Shown here piece by piece: positions 26,012 to 32,000 of a stretch of DNA of 32,000 nucleotides. Origin of the DNA: an uncultured Chloroflexia bacterium (lineage in GTDB: Bacteria; Chloroflexota; Anaerolineae; Anaerolineales; Anaerolineaceae); assembly GCA_963704755.1 (NCBI GenBank), contig OY969938.1:2010001-2042000 (forward strand). Direction: 5' to 3'. Positions within the stretch are counted from its first letter, which is position 1. Each line of letters starts with the position of its first letter. The position numbers and the translations under genes are program-made. The notes under the pieces were generated by a model. The model ran no database searches and was not told the DNA's origin. It saw nothing but the letters and a program-made list of their open reading frames with translations.

Positions 26012-26647
26012 ATGGAAGAAAACGCAAAACAAGACGACAAAGATGCGACCCCCAAGCCGGCCGCGGCTCAAAAACCTCAGCCCGAGAAAACCAATCCACC
26101 CCAGGCAGCGCCTGCGCCGATACCCGTCCCAGCGCAAGAGGAACCCGCCAAACCGCCCCGCTCACAACTGCTCACCTGGTCTCCTTGGATTTTAGCAGCT
26201 CCTTTGGTAGGATTTTTGTTGGCCTTTATCCTGCTGTATCTGCCGGCCCAATCGGCGCTGTCACAAACCCGCAGTGACTTAAAGAACACCCAGAGCCAGT
26301 TGACCCAGGCCAACAGCAACCTGGATACGGCCCAGAAAGACTTGCAATCCACCCAGGACGACCTGGACACGGCCCAATTCGATCTGGCCCTGGCCGACCT
26401 GGAAAATAACGTGACCTATGCGCGCCTGGCCCTGGCCACCCGCGACTTGCTGACCGCCCGCCAGGAGATGAGCGTGGCCCCCGATAACCTGGCGAAATTC
26501 AATGCCCTGCTGAATGACCCGGATATGGAATCGGCCCTCACCGAACGGGTTACCTCTATCCGCGGTCTGCTCACCACCAATTCAACCCAGGCCCTGGATG
26601 AGCTGCGTGCGTTGAGTGAAAATTTGCAGCGCATCGAGCGAAAGTAA
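26012..26647 (+). CDS. membrane-anchored coiled-coil protein, hypothetical
   Basis: The start is taken at ATG 26012 (MEENAKQDD...). The protein has a Pro/Ala/Lys-rich N-terminus and one TM (WILAAPLVGFLLAFILLYL). A heptad-like coiled coil follows (DLKNTQSQLTQANSNLDTAQKDLQSTQDDLDTAQFDL). A strong hairpin follows the stop. The upstream 32 codons of the track ORF lie in repeat DNA. Confidence 0.6.
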   Translation: MEENAKQDDKDATPKPAAAQKPQPEKTNPPQAAPAPIPVPAQEEPAKPPRSQLLTWSPWILAAPLVGFLLAFILLYLPAQSALSQTRSDLKNTQSQLTQANSNLDTAQKDLQSTQDDLDTAQFDLALADLENNVTYARLALATRDLLTARQEMSVAPDNLAKFNALLNDPDMESALTERVTSIRGLLTTNSTQALDELRALSENLQRIERK

Positions 26648-26653
26648 ATATAT

Positions 26654-26692
26654 CGGGTCGATTGTGGGAGCCAGGCTCCCACAATCGACCCG
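26654..26692. terminator. bidirectional hairpin terminator between convergent genes
   Basis: The arms are perfectly complementary and 19 nt long: CGGGTCGATTGTGGGAGCC (26654..26672) / GGCTCCCACAATCGACCCG (26674..26692). The hairpin lies between the stops at 26647 (+) and 26707 (-). Both flanks are AT-rich. Confidence 0.65.
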
Positions 26693-26706
26693 AATTTAAG
26701 AGCAGA

Positions 26707-27807
26707 TCAATATCTCAGAAAAGCGCCGACTTTCCCAGAAAGCTCGAGCTGTGGATTGGCGTGAACGACTTCCACGTCGCCACCCTGGCGCATGGTGCGG
26801 CCGACGGCCACATCGATCGCATCCGGGATGGCGCGCACTTCACCGCCGCAGTTCGGGCAGGGCTGGTGCTCCTCTTCGAACAGGTAACGACATTGGTTGC
26901 AACGATAGGCCGGCTGGCCATACCCTTGCAGCGCGACCAGCGTGCTGACCCGCCCTTCGTTGACCGCCGTCAGGGTGTCTTCCAGCCCGATGACGGCTCC
27001 GCTGCCTTTGGCCGACTGGGTAATCAACTGGTCAATCACCTGCTCTTCGCGCTTCAGTTCGGCTGCCAGGCCAACCTGCATGGCCTTTTCCAATACGTCC
27101 ACGTGCCCCACACCCATAGCAATCGGGAAGGTGCCTACCACCAGGCTTTGCCAGGCTTTGGGCAAGAAAGTGCGGTACTGGGCCACGTTATCATCCGTTC
27201 CGCAGATCAAGATCCGGCGGACATGGTTCGCTTCGAAAAAATCAACCGCGAACTCTACCGCCTCTTTCATATTGCGGTCCACCACTTCTTCTTGGTGGCG
27301 CGCCTGGCCGGCAACTCCGCCGCGGCCACCGGGCACCGCGGATGCGCCGCCATGCTTGGTCCGTTTTACCGGGTCCCCCAGCATCCCTTCTTGTTCGCGT
27401 AATTCGCCTAAATGGAATGAAAAGACCCGAGCGCCTTGCTTATCGATAATCACAACCCCATACCCGCCGAAACTATCCAATAAATCGGCCAGCACGCGCA
27501 CACTGGGGCGATCACTGACGTGTACCAGGTCGGGGACCGGCACAGCCAGTGGGTAAGATCGGAAAAATCCCTGCGGCTTGCACGAAAAAAGCGCTACTCC
27601 CTTACCGGCCCAATCGTATTCGCGTTGGAAATACCGCTCGATGGTTTCAACGTCTTCAGGCAGGCTTACCCCCTTCAATAAGTTGCGCAGGCGGAGCCGG
27701 TAAGCGTCGGAATTGCCCTGGGTAGGGTCGGTATTCAGATAGACGCTAAGGACGGGGTCGGGAGATATGAATTGCAATAATTCCCGTAGCTCACTGTCAG
27801 CCAACAT
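26707..27807 (-). CDS. eRF1/Pelota-fold protein, bacterial archaeo-eukaryotic release-factor-like (baeRF / Vms1-Ankzf1-like putative peptidyl-tRNA hydrolase) with zinc-ribbon insertion
   Basis: 366-aa ORF with a perfect SD, AAGGAGGTTACC-ATG. The N-terminus PVLSVYLNTDP and the C-terminus GKVGAFLRY (compare the GIGAILRY-type ends of eRF1/Pelota domain 3) match my recollection of baeRF families. A Gly-rich loop HGGASAVPGGRGGVAGQ lies in the middle. CNQCRYLFEEEHQPCPNCGG is a CxxC-x12-CxxC ribbon. Confidence 0.65.
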   Translation of the reverse strand: MLADSELRELLQFISPDPVLSVYLNTDPTQGNSDAYRLRLRNLLKGVSLPEDVETIERYFQREYDWAGKGVALFSCKPQGFFRSYPLAVPVPDLVHVSDRPSVRVLADLLDSFGGYGVVIIDKQGARVFSFHLGELREQEGMLGDPVKRTKHGGASAVPGGRGGVAGQARHQEEVVDRNMKEAVEFAVDFFEANHVRRILICGTDDNVAQYRTFLPKAWQSLVVGTFPIAMGVGHVDVLEKAMQVGLAAELKREEQVIDQLITQSAKGSGAVIGLEDTLTAVNEGRVSTLVALQGYGQPAYRCNQCRYLFEEEHQPCPNCGGEVRAIPDAIDVAVGRTMRQGGDVEVVHANPQLELSGKVGAFLRY

Positions 27808-27911
27808 GGTAACCTCCTTATTTCATAACGATCCGGCTTCCTGTACGTGTTTCCCACTGGCCGGAGCTGTTACTTATCTTATGGATATGGTTGAAACGAT
27901 CCAGGCCCTTT

Positions 27912-29144
27912 TCAGGGGCGTCTGCCGAGAGTGATTGTCACCTCCTTCTGCTGGTTATTGCGAATCACAGTCATGGTAACCTGGTCGCCAGGTGATTTGT
28001 TGTAAATAAGGTAGCTGAGCATGTCCCCAAAACTTTGGACAGGCTGCCCATCCACCGCGATGATCAAATCTCCGCCAGCGTAAAGGCTGGCGTAGCTTGT
28101 TTCTACGGTACCGCCCCGGATGCCCGCCTTATCGGCCGGCCCACCGGGGGCGACATCGTTCACATATGCGCCGGTCTGCTGGGGCAGTTTCAATTCCTGG
28201 ATCATATCCAGCGTCAGGTCAGACTGGCTGGTGATGCCCAGGTATGGGTAATCATAAGCGCCGTTGGCAATCAGGGATGGTACCACCCGGCGGACGATGT
28301 TACTGGGTACGGCAAAGCCGATGCCGCTGCTGGTCGGCTCACCGCCGGCCGTGGTACTCACGGTCTGGATGGCGCGGTTGACGCCGATCACTTCACCTTT
28401 GAGATCGAGTAGCGGCCCGCCTGAATTGCCCGGGTTAATAGCGGCATCCGTCTGGATCAGGTCTCCGGCCGTAAAGGATTGGCCGCTGTCCGCCGGCCGC
28501 ATGGATTCGAGCGTGCGGCCCTTGGCCGAGACGATCCCGATAGTCATCGTGCCGGTATAGCCAAACGGGTTGCCGATCGCAACTACCGTCTCGCCGACCC
28601 GCACCTGGTCCGAGTCGCCAATCGCTACCGGTGTGATCGGATCACTCGGCAGGTTGTCCACCTTCACCACTGCCAGGTCCGAATCCAGGTCGGTGCCGAT
28701 CACTTTGGCCCAGCTCTTGAAACCGCTGGGGAAATCGACTTCCAGGGTATCGGCACCTTCCACCACGTGGTAATTGGTCACGATGTCACCATTGGTGTCG
28801 TACACAAAACCGGAGCCGGAAGCGCCGCCATCGGCAGTAGTGATGATGATATACACGACCGCCGGCGAAACCTGGTTGTAGAGTTCGGTCAACAGTTGGT
28901 CGCGCTCATCCAGATTGATGTCCTGGAACTGGGGTAAGACGCCCGTGGTAGCCGTTGGAGCGGGCGGCCCGGCCGTCACTTTGTTAACCTGGGGGACGAG
29001 CGAGGGACTCAGGTTAAGCGAAATGGCCGGAGTAGGCTGATTGCTGTTGAACAGATTGGGAACGGTTAACCCCGTACTGAAGGAACAGGCTGTTCCCACC
29101 AATATTAAAATCAACGCTGCAACGAGGATCTTCTTATTCTTCAT
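27912..29144 (-). CDS. htrA: HtrA/DegP-family (S1C) serine protease with one PDZ domain
   Basis: The start is taken at ATG 29144 (MKNKKILVAALILILVGTAC, a signal peptide) with SD GGAAGGG. Catalytic contexts: TNYHVV (His), DLAVVKV (Asp) and GNSGGPLLD (Ser). The C-terminal PDZ contains GDLIIAVDGQPV. Confidence 0.9.
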   Translation of the reverse strand: MKNKKILVAALILILVGTACSFSTGLTVPNLFNSNQPTPAISLNLSPSLVPQVNKVTAGPPAPTATTGVLPQFQDINLDERDQLLTELYNQVSPAVVYIIITTADGGASGSGFVYDTNGDIVTNYHVVEGADTLEVDFPSGFKSWAKVIGTDLDSDLAVVKVDNLPSDPITPVAIGDSDQVRVGETVVAIGNPFGYTGTMTIGIVSAKGRTLESMRPADSGQSFTAGDLIQTDAAINPGNSGGPLLDLKGEVIGVNRAIQTVSTTAGGEPTSSGIGFAVPSNIVRRVVPSLIANGAYDYPYLGITSQSDLTLDMIQELKLPQQTGAYVNDVAPGGPADKAGIRGGTVETSYASLYAGGDLIIAVDGQPVQSFGDMLSYLIYNKSPGDQVTMTVIRNNQQKEVTITLGRRP

Positions 29145-29265
29145 GGCGCCCTTCCGCTTTTCCCGGAGTTCTGGATTGCTAACGCTAATGAATAGGAGTA
29201 CCGGTAAACTCTCCTGCATTGATTCTACAGCAGGTCAAATCATTTCGCACCAGGGTATTTGAAAA

Positions 29266-30204
29266 TTACCCTTTTTTATTGTCACGCAATTTTTCGAATG
29301 CTTTGCGCTGCTCAGCAGTTAACTGTTTTGGCACCTGTACTTTCATGACGGCATACAGGTCGCCGTGAGATTTTGGGTCCCGCAAGTGCGGCATGCCGCG
29401 GCCCGAAAGCCGGATTTTTTGTCCGGGTTGAGTTCCGGCCGGAATTTTAAGCATCACCTGTCCGTTCATAGTGGTCACGCGTACTTCGCCGCCCAGCACG
29501 GCCGTGTAAAGATCGACCGGGACGTCGGTATACAGGTCGTTTCCCTGGCGCTCGAACTGATTATCAGGCAGAACCTCCACTACCAGGTATAGATCGCCCT
29601 TTTGCCCATTCGGTCCCGGACGGCCTAATCCGGCCAGGCGGACCTTGGTACCGGTTTTCGCCCCGGCCGGGATCTTTCCCTCCAGCCGGTGGCCGTCGAT
29701 TTGCAAGGTCCGTTGGGCGCCTTGATAGGCTTCCTGGAGGGTAATCTGCACCGGCTGTTCCATGCTGGGGGGTTGCTGCTGCGCCGCCGTGCGGCGCGTC
29801 GTCCTGCGAATGGGGTCGCCCCCCATGCCGCCAAAAATAGACGAGAAGAAATCCGAGAATCCGCCCATACCACCAAACAAGTCGTCCATATTGACCTGGG
29901 TCGTGCGGGCGCCGTAGGGGTTCCCGGTCACCCAATCGTTCCAGTTGAAATTACCCGGCTGGCCACCAGTCTGCTGCCACTGGAAATACGAATCGCCCAA
30001 CTGATCGTAACGCGAGCGCTTCTGCGGATCGCGCAGCACTTCGTAGGCTTCGTTGATCTCTTTGAATTTATCCTCGGCGGTTTTATCTCCGGGGTTCCGG
30101 TCTGGGTGATATTTCATCGCCAGCTTACGGTAGGCTTTCTTGACGTCGTCTTCGCTGGCGTTTTTAGCAACACCCAGAATTTTGTAATAATCCTTATAAT
30201 CCAT
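29266..30204 (-). CDS. J-domain co-chaperone, class II (DnaJ/CbpA-like: J domain, G/F region, C-terminal substrate-binding domains, no zinc finger)
   Basis: 312-aa ORF. It begins DYYKILGV....[21 protein letters not shown], which includes the HPD motif. The G/F-like stretch is [20 protein letters not shown]. The C-terminal domains are DnaJ-like ([23 protein letters not shown]). No CxxCxGxG repeats are present. Confidence 0.9.
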   Translation of the reverse strand: MDYKDYYKILGVAKNASEDDVKKAYRKLAMKYHPDRNPGDKTAEDKFKEINEAYEVLRDPQKRSRYDQLGDSYFQWQQTGGQPGNFNWNDWVTGNPYGARTTQVNMDDLFGGMGGFSDFFSSIFGGMGGDPIRRTTRRTAAQQQPPSMEQPVQITLQEAYQGAQRTLQIDGHRLEGKIPAGAKTGTKVRLAGLGRPGPNGQKGDLYLVVEVLPDNQFERQGNDLYTDVPVDLYTAVLGGEVRVTTMNGQVMLKIPAGTQPGQKIRLSGRGMPHLRDPKSHGDLYAVMKVQVPKQLTAEQRKAFEKLRDNKKG

Positions 30205-30257
30205 ACCCTCATTTTATTCTTTCAATCTTAAGAGAGTTCAAGTGGCTGAGGGGCGTA

Positions 30258-30285
30258 TTAATACATTTCTTATAGATATTGGCAA
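30258..30285 (-). promoter_or_regulatory. candidate sigma70-type promoter for the J-protein gene
   Basis: The minus strand reads TTGCCA (30285..30280), a 16-nt spacer, then TATTAA (30263..30258). It lies about 54 nt upstream of ATG 30204. This is a sequence match only. Confidence 0.35.
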
Positions 30286-30348
30286 ATGCCGCCAGAATCG
30301 CGCTTATTAAATGTAGAGAGAGCGGGAAAGAAGTGAATGGCTGGCGCC

Positions 30349-30630
30349 ATTAGCTGTTAGCTGTTAGCTTTTAGCGGTTAGCGGTTAGCTACAACTTGTA
30401 GGGTGGGTGCAGGGCTCATTCGAATTGCCGGTGAATTACCGATTTGCTAAACTTTCCAAGCCCTGCCCGTAACCCACCATCTGGCTGTTAGCTGTTGGCT
30501 TTTAGCGCTTAGCTCGAGCCCGTAGGGTGGGTGCAGGGCTCATTCCAATTATTGGTGAATTACCGGTTAGCAAACCTTTCCAAACTCTGCCCGTAACCCA
30601 CCATCTGGCTGTTGGCTTTTAGCGGTTAGC
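30349..30630 (+). repeat. two direct family-b hairpin elements (period 124 bp) separated and flanked by TTAGCNN heptamer tandem repeats
   Basis: Family b copies lie at 30398..30484 and 30522..30608, with near-identical arms GTAGGGTGGGTGCAGGGCTCATTC ... CTGCCCGTAACCCACCATCTGG. Heptamer tracts lie at 30349..30390 (TTAGCTG TTAGCTG TTAGCTT TTAGCGG TTAGCGG TTAGCT), 30485..30514 and 30609..30630. Confidence 0.9.
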
Positions 30631-30685
30631 CCCACCATTAATATCCCGGTTTTGGTGACCAAACCGATATATGCTTTTGGTGGGC

Positions 30686-30714
30686 TTGACAAATGGCGAC
30701 TAATTGGATATTAT
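30686..30714 (+). promoter_or_regulatory. near-consensus sigma70-type promoter upstream of the flavin reductase gene
   Basis: TTGACA (30686..30691), exactly 17 nt of spacer, then TATTAT (30709..30714). It lies ~90 nt upstream of ATG 30805, which has SD AAGGAGA. An AT-rich tract with GATATTATTT direct repeats follows. Confidence 0.55.
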
Positions 30715-30804
30715 TTCGATATTATTTATTTCAATATCAAACAATATCTTGCTCGCTACCCTAAACCAAAATGGGATGAGCGGGATTTATGAAGGAGATA
30801 CCCC

Positions 30805-31427
30805 ATGTCTGCCATCTCTGAAGCCAAAATGATTTCGTTTTCCCCGGCGGATCTGCCCTCTCGCGAGGGTTACCGCTTATTTGCCAGCCTGATTATCCCC
30901 CGTCCAATCGCCTGGGTTTCCAGCATCGGTACGGATGGCACGCTCAACCTGGCGCCCTTTTCTTTTTTAATGCAGTGGCCGGCTCACCCCCCACCGTAAT
31001 GGTCTCGATCGGCCAGCGGAAAGGCCAACAAAAAGATACGCTGCGCAACATCACCGAGACCGGCGAGTTCGTCTTGAACATTGCCGGCCAGGACCTGATT
31101 GAATTGCTTAACGCTACCTCGATCGAAGCTGCCTACGAATTAAACGAGTTCGCCTACGCCGGCCTGGAAACGATGCCCTCTCTGCTGGTCAAGCCGCCGC
31201 GCGTCGCGGCTGCCCCGGCCGCCCTGGAAGTCCGCCTGAGCCAGATCGTCCCGATCACAAACAGCACCTACACCATGGTGCTTGGGCAAGTCGTGCAGTA
31301 TCACCTGCGGGAAGATTTGCTGCTCGAGAACGGCCTGGTCGATGCCAGAGCCTTGCAGCCGGTCATCCGCCTGGGCGGCAATGAGTATGCCCGCCTGGGC
31401 CAGATTTATGAATTGGAGAGGCCGTAA
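30805..31427 (+). pseudogene. flavin reductase family protein (FMN-binding split barrel), split by a 1-nt deletion in a T-run (or sequencing error)
   Basis: Track ORFs 30805..30999 and 30975..31427. The span of 623 nt is 3n+2. As written the sequence reads CCC TTT TCT TTT TTA ATG CAG TGG, giving PFSFLMQW..., with a stop at 30997. Adding one T to the T6 run at 30963..30968 gives NLAPFSFFNAVAGSPPTVMVSIGQRKGQQKDTLRNITETGEFVLN, the canonical family sequence. Confidence 0.85.
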
Positions 31428-31437
31428 GGCCACATTG

Positions 31438-31668
31438 GTAGCCCGGCTTTTGTAGCCCGGCTTTTGTAGCCCGGCTTTCAAAGCCGGGAAAACGCTTGGC
31501 TTAAGAATTTCTGCGGTAGGAAACCGCGTTTCGGCCTCACCTGCGGCGGCTGAAGCCGCATCTACAAGGACACAAAGGCCCACCTGCGTGGGTCTCCCTT
31601 TGGGCAAGGGCCAATTCCACAGCCGGGATTTTTCCCGGCAAGCTGGCGTAGTGCCCTCACCCCGGCCC
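31438..31668 (+). repeat. family-c mosaic stem-loop repeat, copy A
   Basis: The 14-nt unit GTAGCCCGGCTTTT occurs twice in tandem. The following modules are GTAGCCCGGCTTTCAAAGCCGGG, CTGCGGTAGGAAACCGCG, GCGGCGGCTGAAGCCGC, GGCCCACCTGCGTGGGTC, GGGCAAGGGCC, CCGGGATTTTTCCCGG and GCCCTCACCCCGGCCC. Positions 31466..31647 are roughly 95% identical by eye to 31818..32000. Confidence 0.9.
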
Positions 31669-31765
31669 TCTCCCAGCGGACAGGGTTAGTTTAGATCGGC
31701 GTAATGCGCTGGGAGAGGGAGAATAACTTCAGAGGAGAGGGACCTCCGGTCCCTCTCCTCTGAAG
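31666..31765. repeat. two strong hairpins between the mosaic copies
   Basis: CCCTCTCCCAGCG (31666..31678) pairs with CGCTGGGAGAGGG (31707..31719). CTTCAGAGGAGAGGGACC (31727..31744) pairs with GGTCCCTCTCCTCTGAAG (31748..31765), giving 18 bp with a 3-nt loop. Confidence 0.85.
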
Positions 31766-31798
31766 TCCACTTCCTTCTCAGGCATGTGTGCTCTCGGA

Positions 31799-32000
31799 TT
31801 AGAAACCCGGCTTTACCGTAGCCCGGCTTTCAAAGCCGGGAAAACGCTTGGCAGAAGAATCTCTGCGGTAGGAAACCGCGTTTTTGACCTCACTTGCGGC
31901 GGCTAAAGCCGCATCTACAAGGACACAAAGACCCACCTGCGTGGGTCTCCCTTTGGGCAAGGGCCAATTCCACAGCCGGGATTTTTCCCGGCAAGCTGGC
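31799..32000 (+). repeat. family-c mosaic stem-loop repeat, copy B (truncated by the window end)
   Basis: It has the same module order as copy A and as the inverted copy at 10257..10545. The last ~75 nt are identical to copy A. Confidence 0.9.

Noticed and set aside
30205-30400. CIRCE/HrcA-type heat-shock operator upstream of the J-protein gene, suggested by the many TTAGC motifs
   Set aside because: CIRCE is TTAGCACTC-N9-GAGTGCTAA. Here TTAGC occurs as direct heptamer repeats with no GAGTGCTAA inverted partner.
30349-30630. Possible CRISPR array (regularly spaced repeats)
   Set aside because: There are only two ~87-nt repeat copies. The intervening spacers are themselves heptamer microsatellites. 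The repeats are long imperfect hairpins shared with solo copies elsewhere in the window. No cas genes are present.
1-32000. Defence island, prophage or mobile element
   Set aside because: I saw no integrase, transposase, recombinase, toxin-antitoxin pair, restriction-modification, Cas or phage structural gene on either strand. The repeats are short non-autonomous intergenic elements.

Overview
GC-rich bacterial chromosomal segment. Coding lines are mostly above 55% G+C by eye. Gene content and repeat types resemble Chloroflexota/Anaerolineae, but that placement is a low-confidence inference.

Left third: a partial PAS sensor, a hemolysin-III/PAQR membrane protein, a YcaQ-type winged-helix DNA glycosylase and an Asp/Glu racemase. 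These are followed by an Fpg/Nei-like protein lacking the N-terminal Pro, a membrane-anchored EEP-domain protein, a DUF4153-like polytopic protein and a GNAT (Eis-like) acetyltransferase.

Centre, all on the minus strand: an FmdB zinc-ribbon protein, a large GT-C-like membrane protein and a DegT-like PLP enzyme. Then comes a complete nine-gene V/A-type ATPase operon (H/G-like, C, I, K, F, E, A, B, D), transcribed from 24714 down to 15925.

Right: a 1.3-kb AT-rich ORF-free region, a coiled-coil membrane protein, an eRF1-fold (baeRF/Vms1-like) protein, an HtrA protease, a class-II J-protein and a flavin reductase.

I saw no tRNA, rRNA, CRISPR, integrase or transposase. I cannot point to a clear new defence-type system.

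The most notable observations are:
(i) Five ORF-breaking lesions: one-base indels, at least three of them at homopolymers, in atpA, atpF, the DUF4153 gene and the flavin reductase, plus an in-frame TAG in atpD. They are either assembly errors or real gene decay.
(ii) At least three families of structured intergenic repeats fill most long intergenic regions. Two of them show compensatory stem changes between copies.
(iii) The eRF1-fold protein with a zinc-ribbon insertion sits next to HtrA and a J-protein.
(iv) The unexplained ORF-free region upstream of the ATPase operon.
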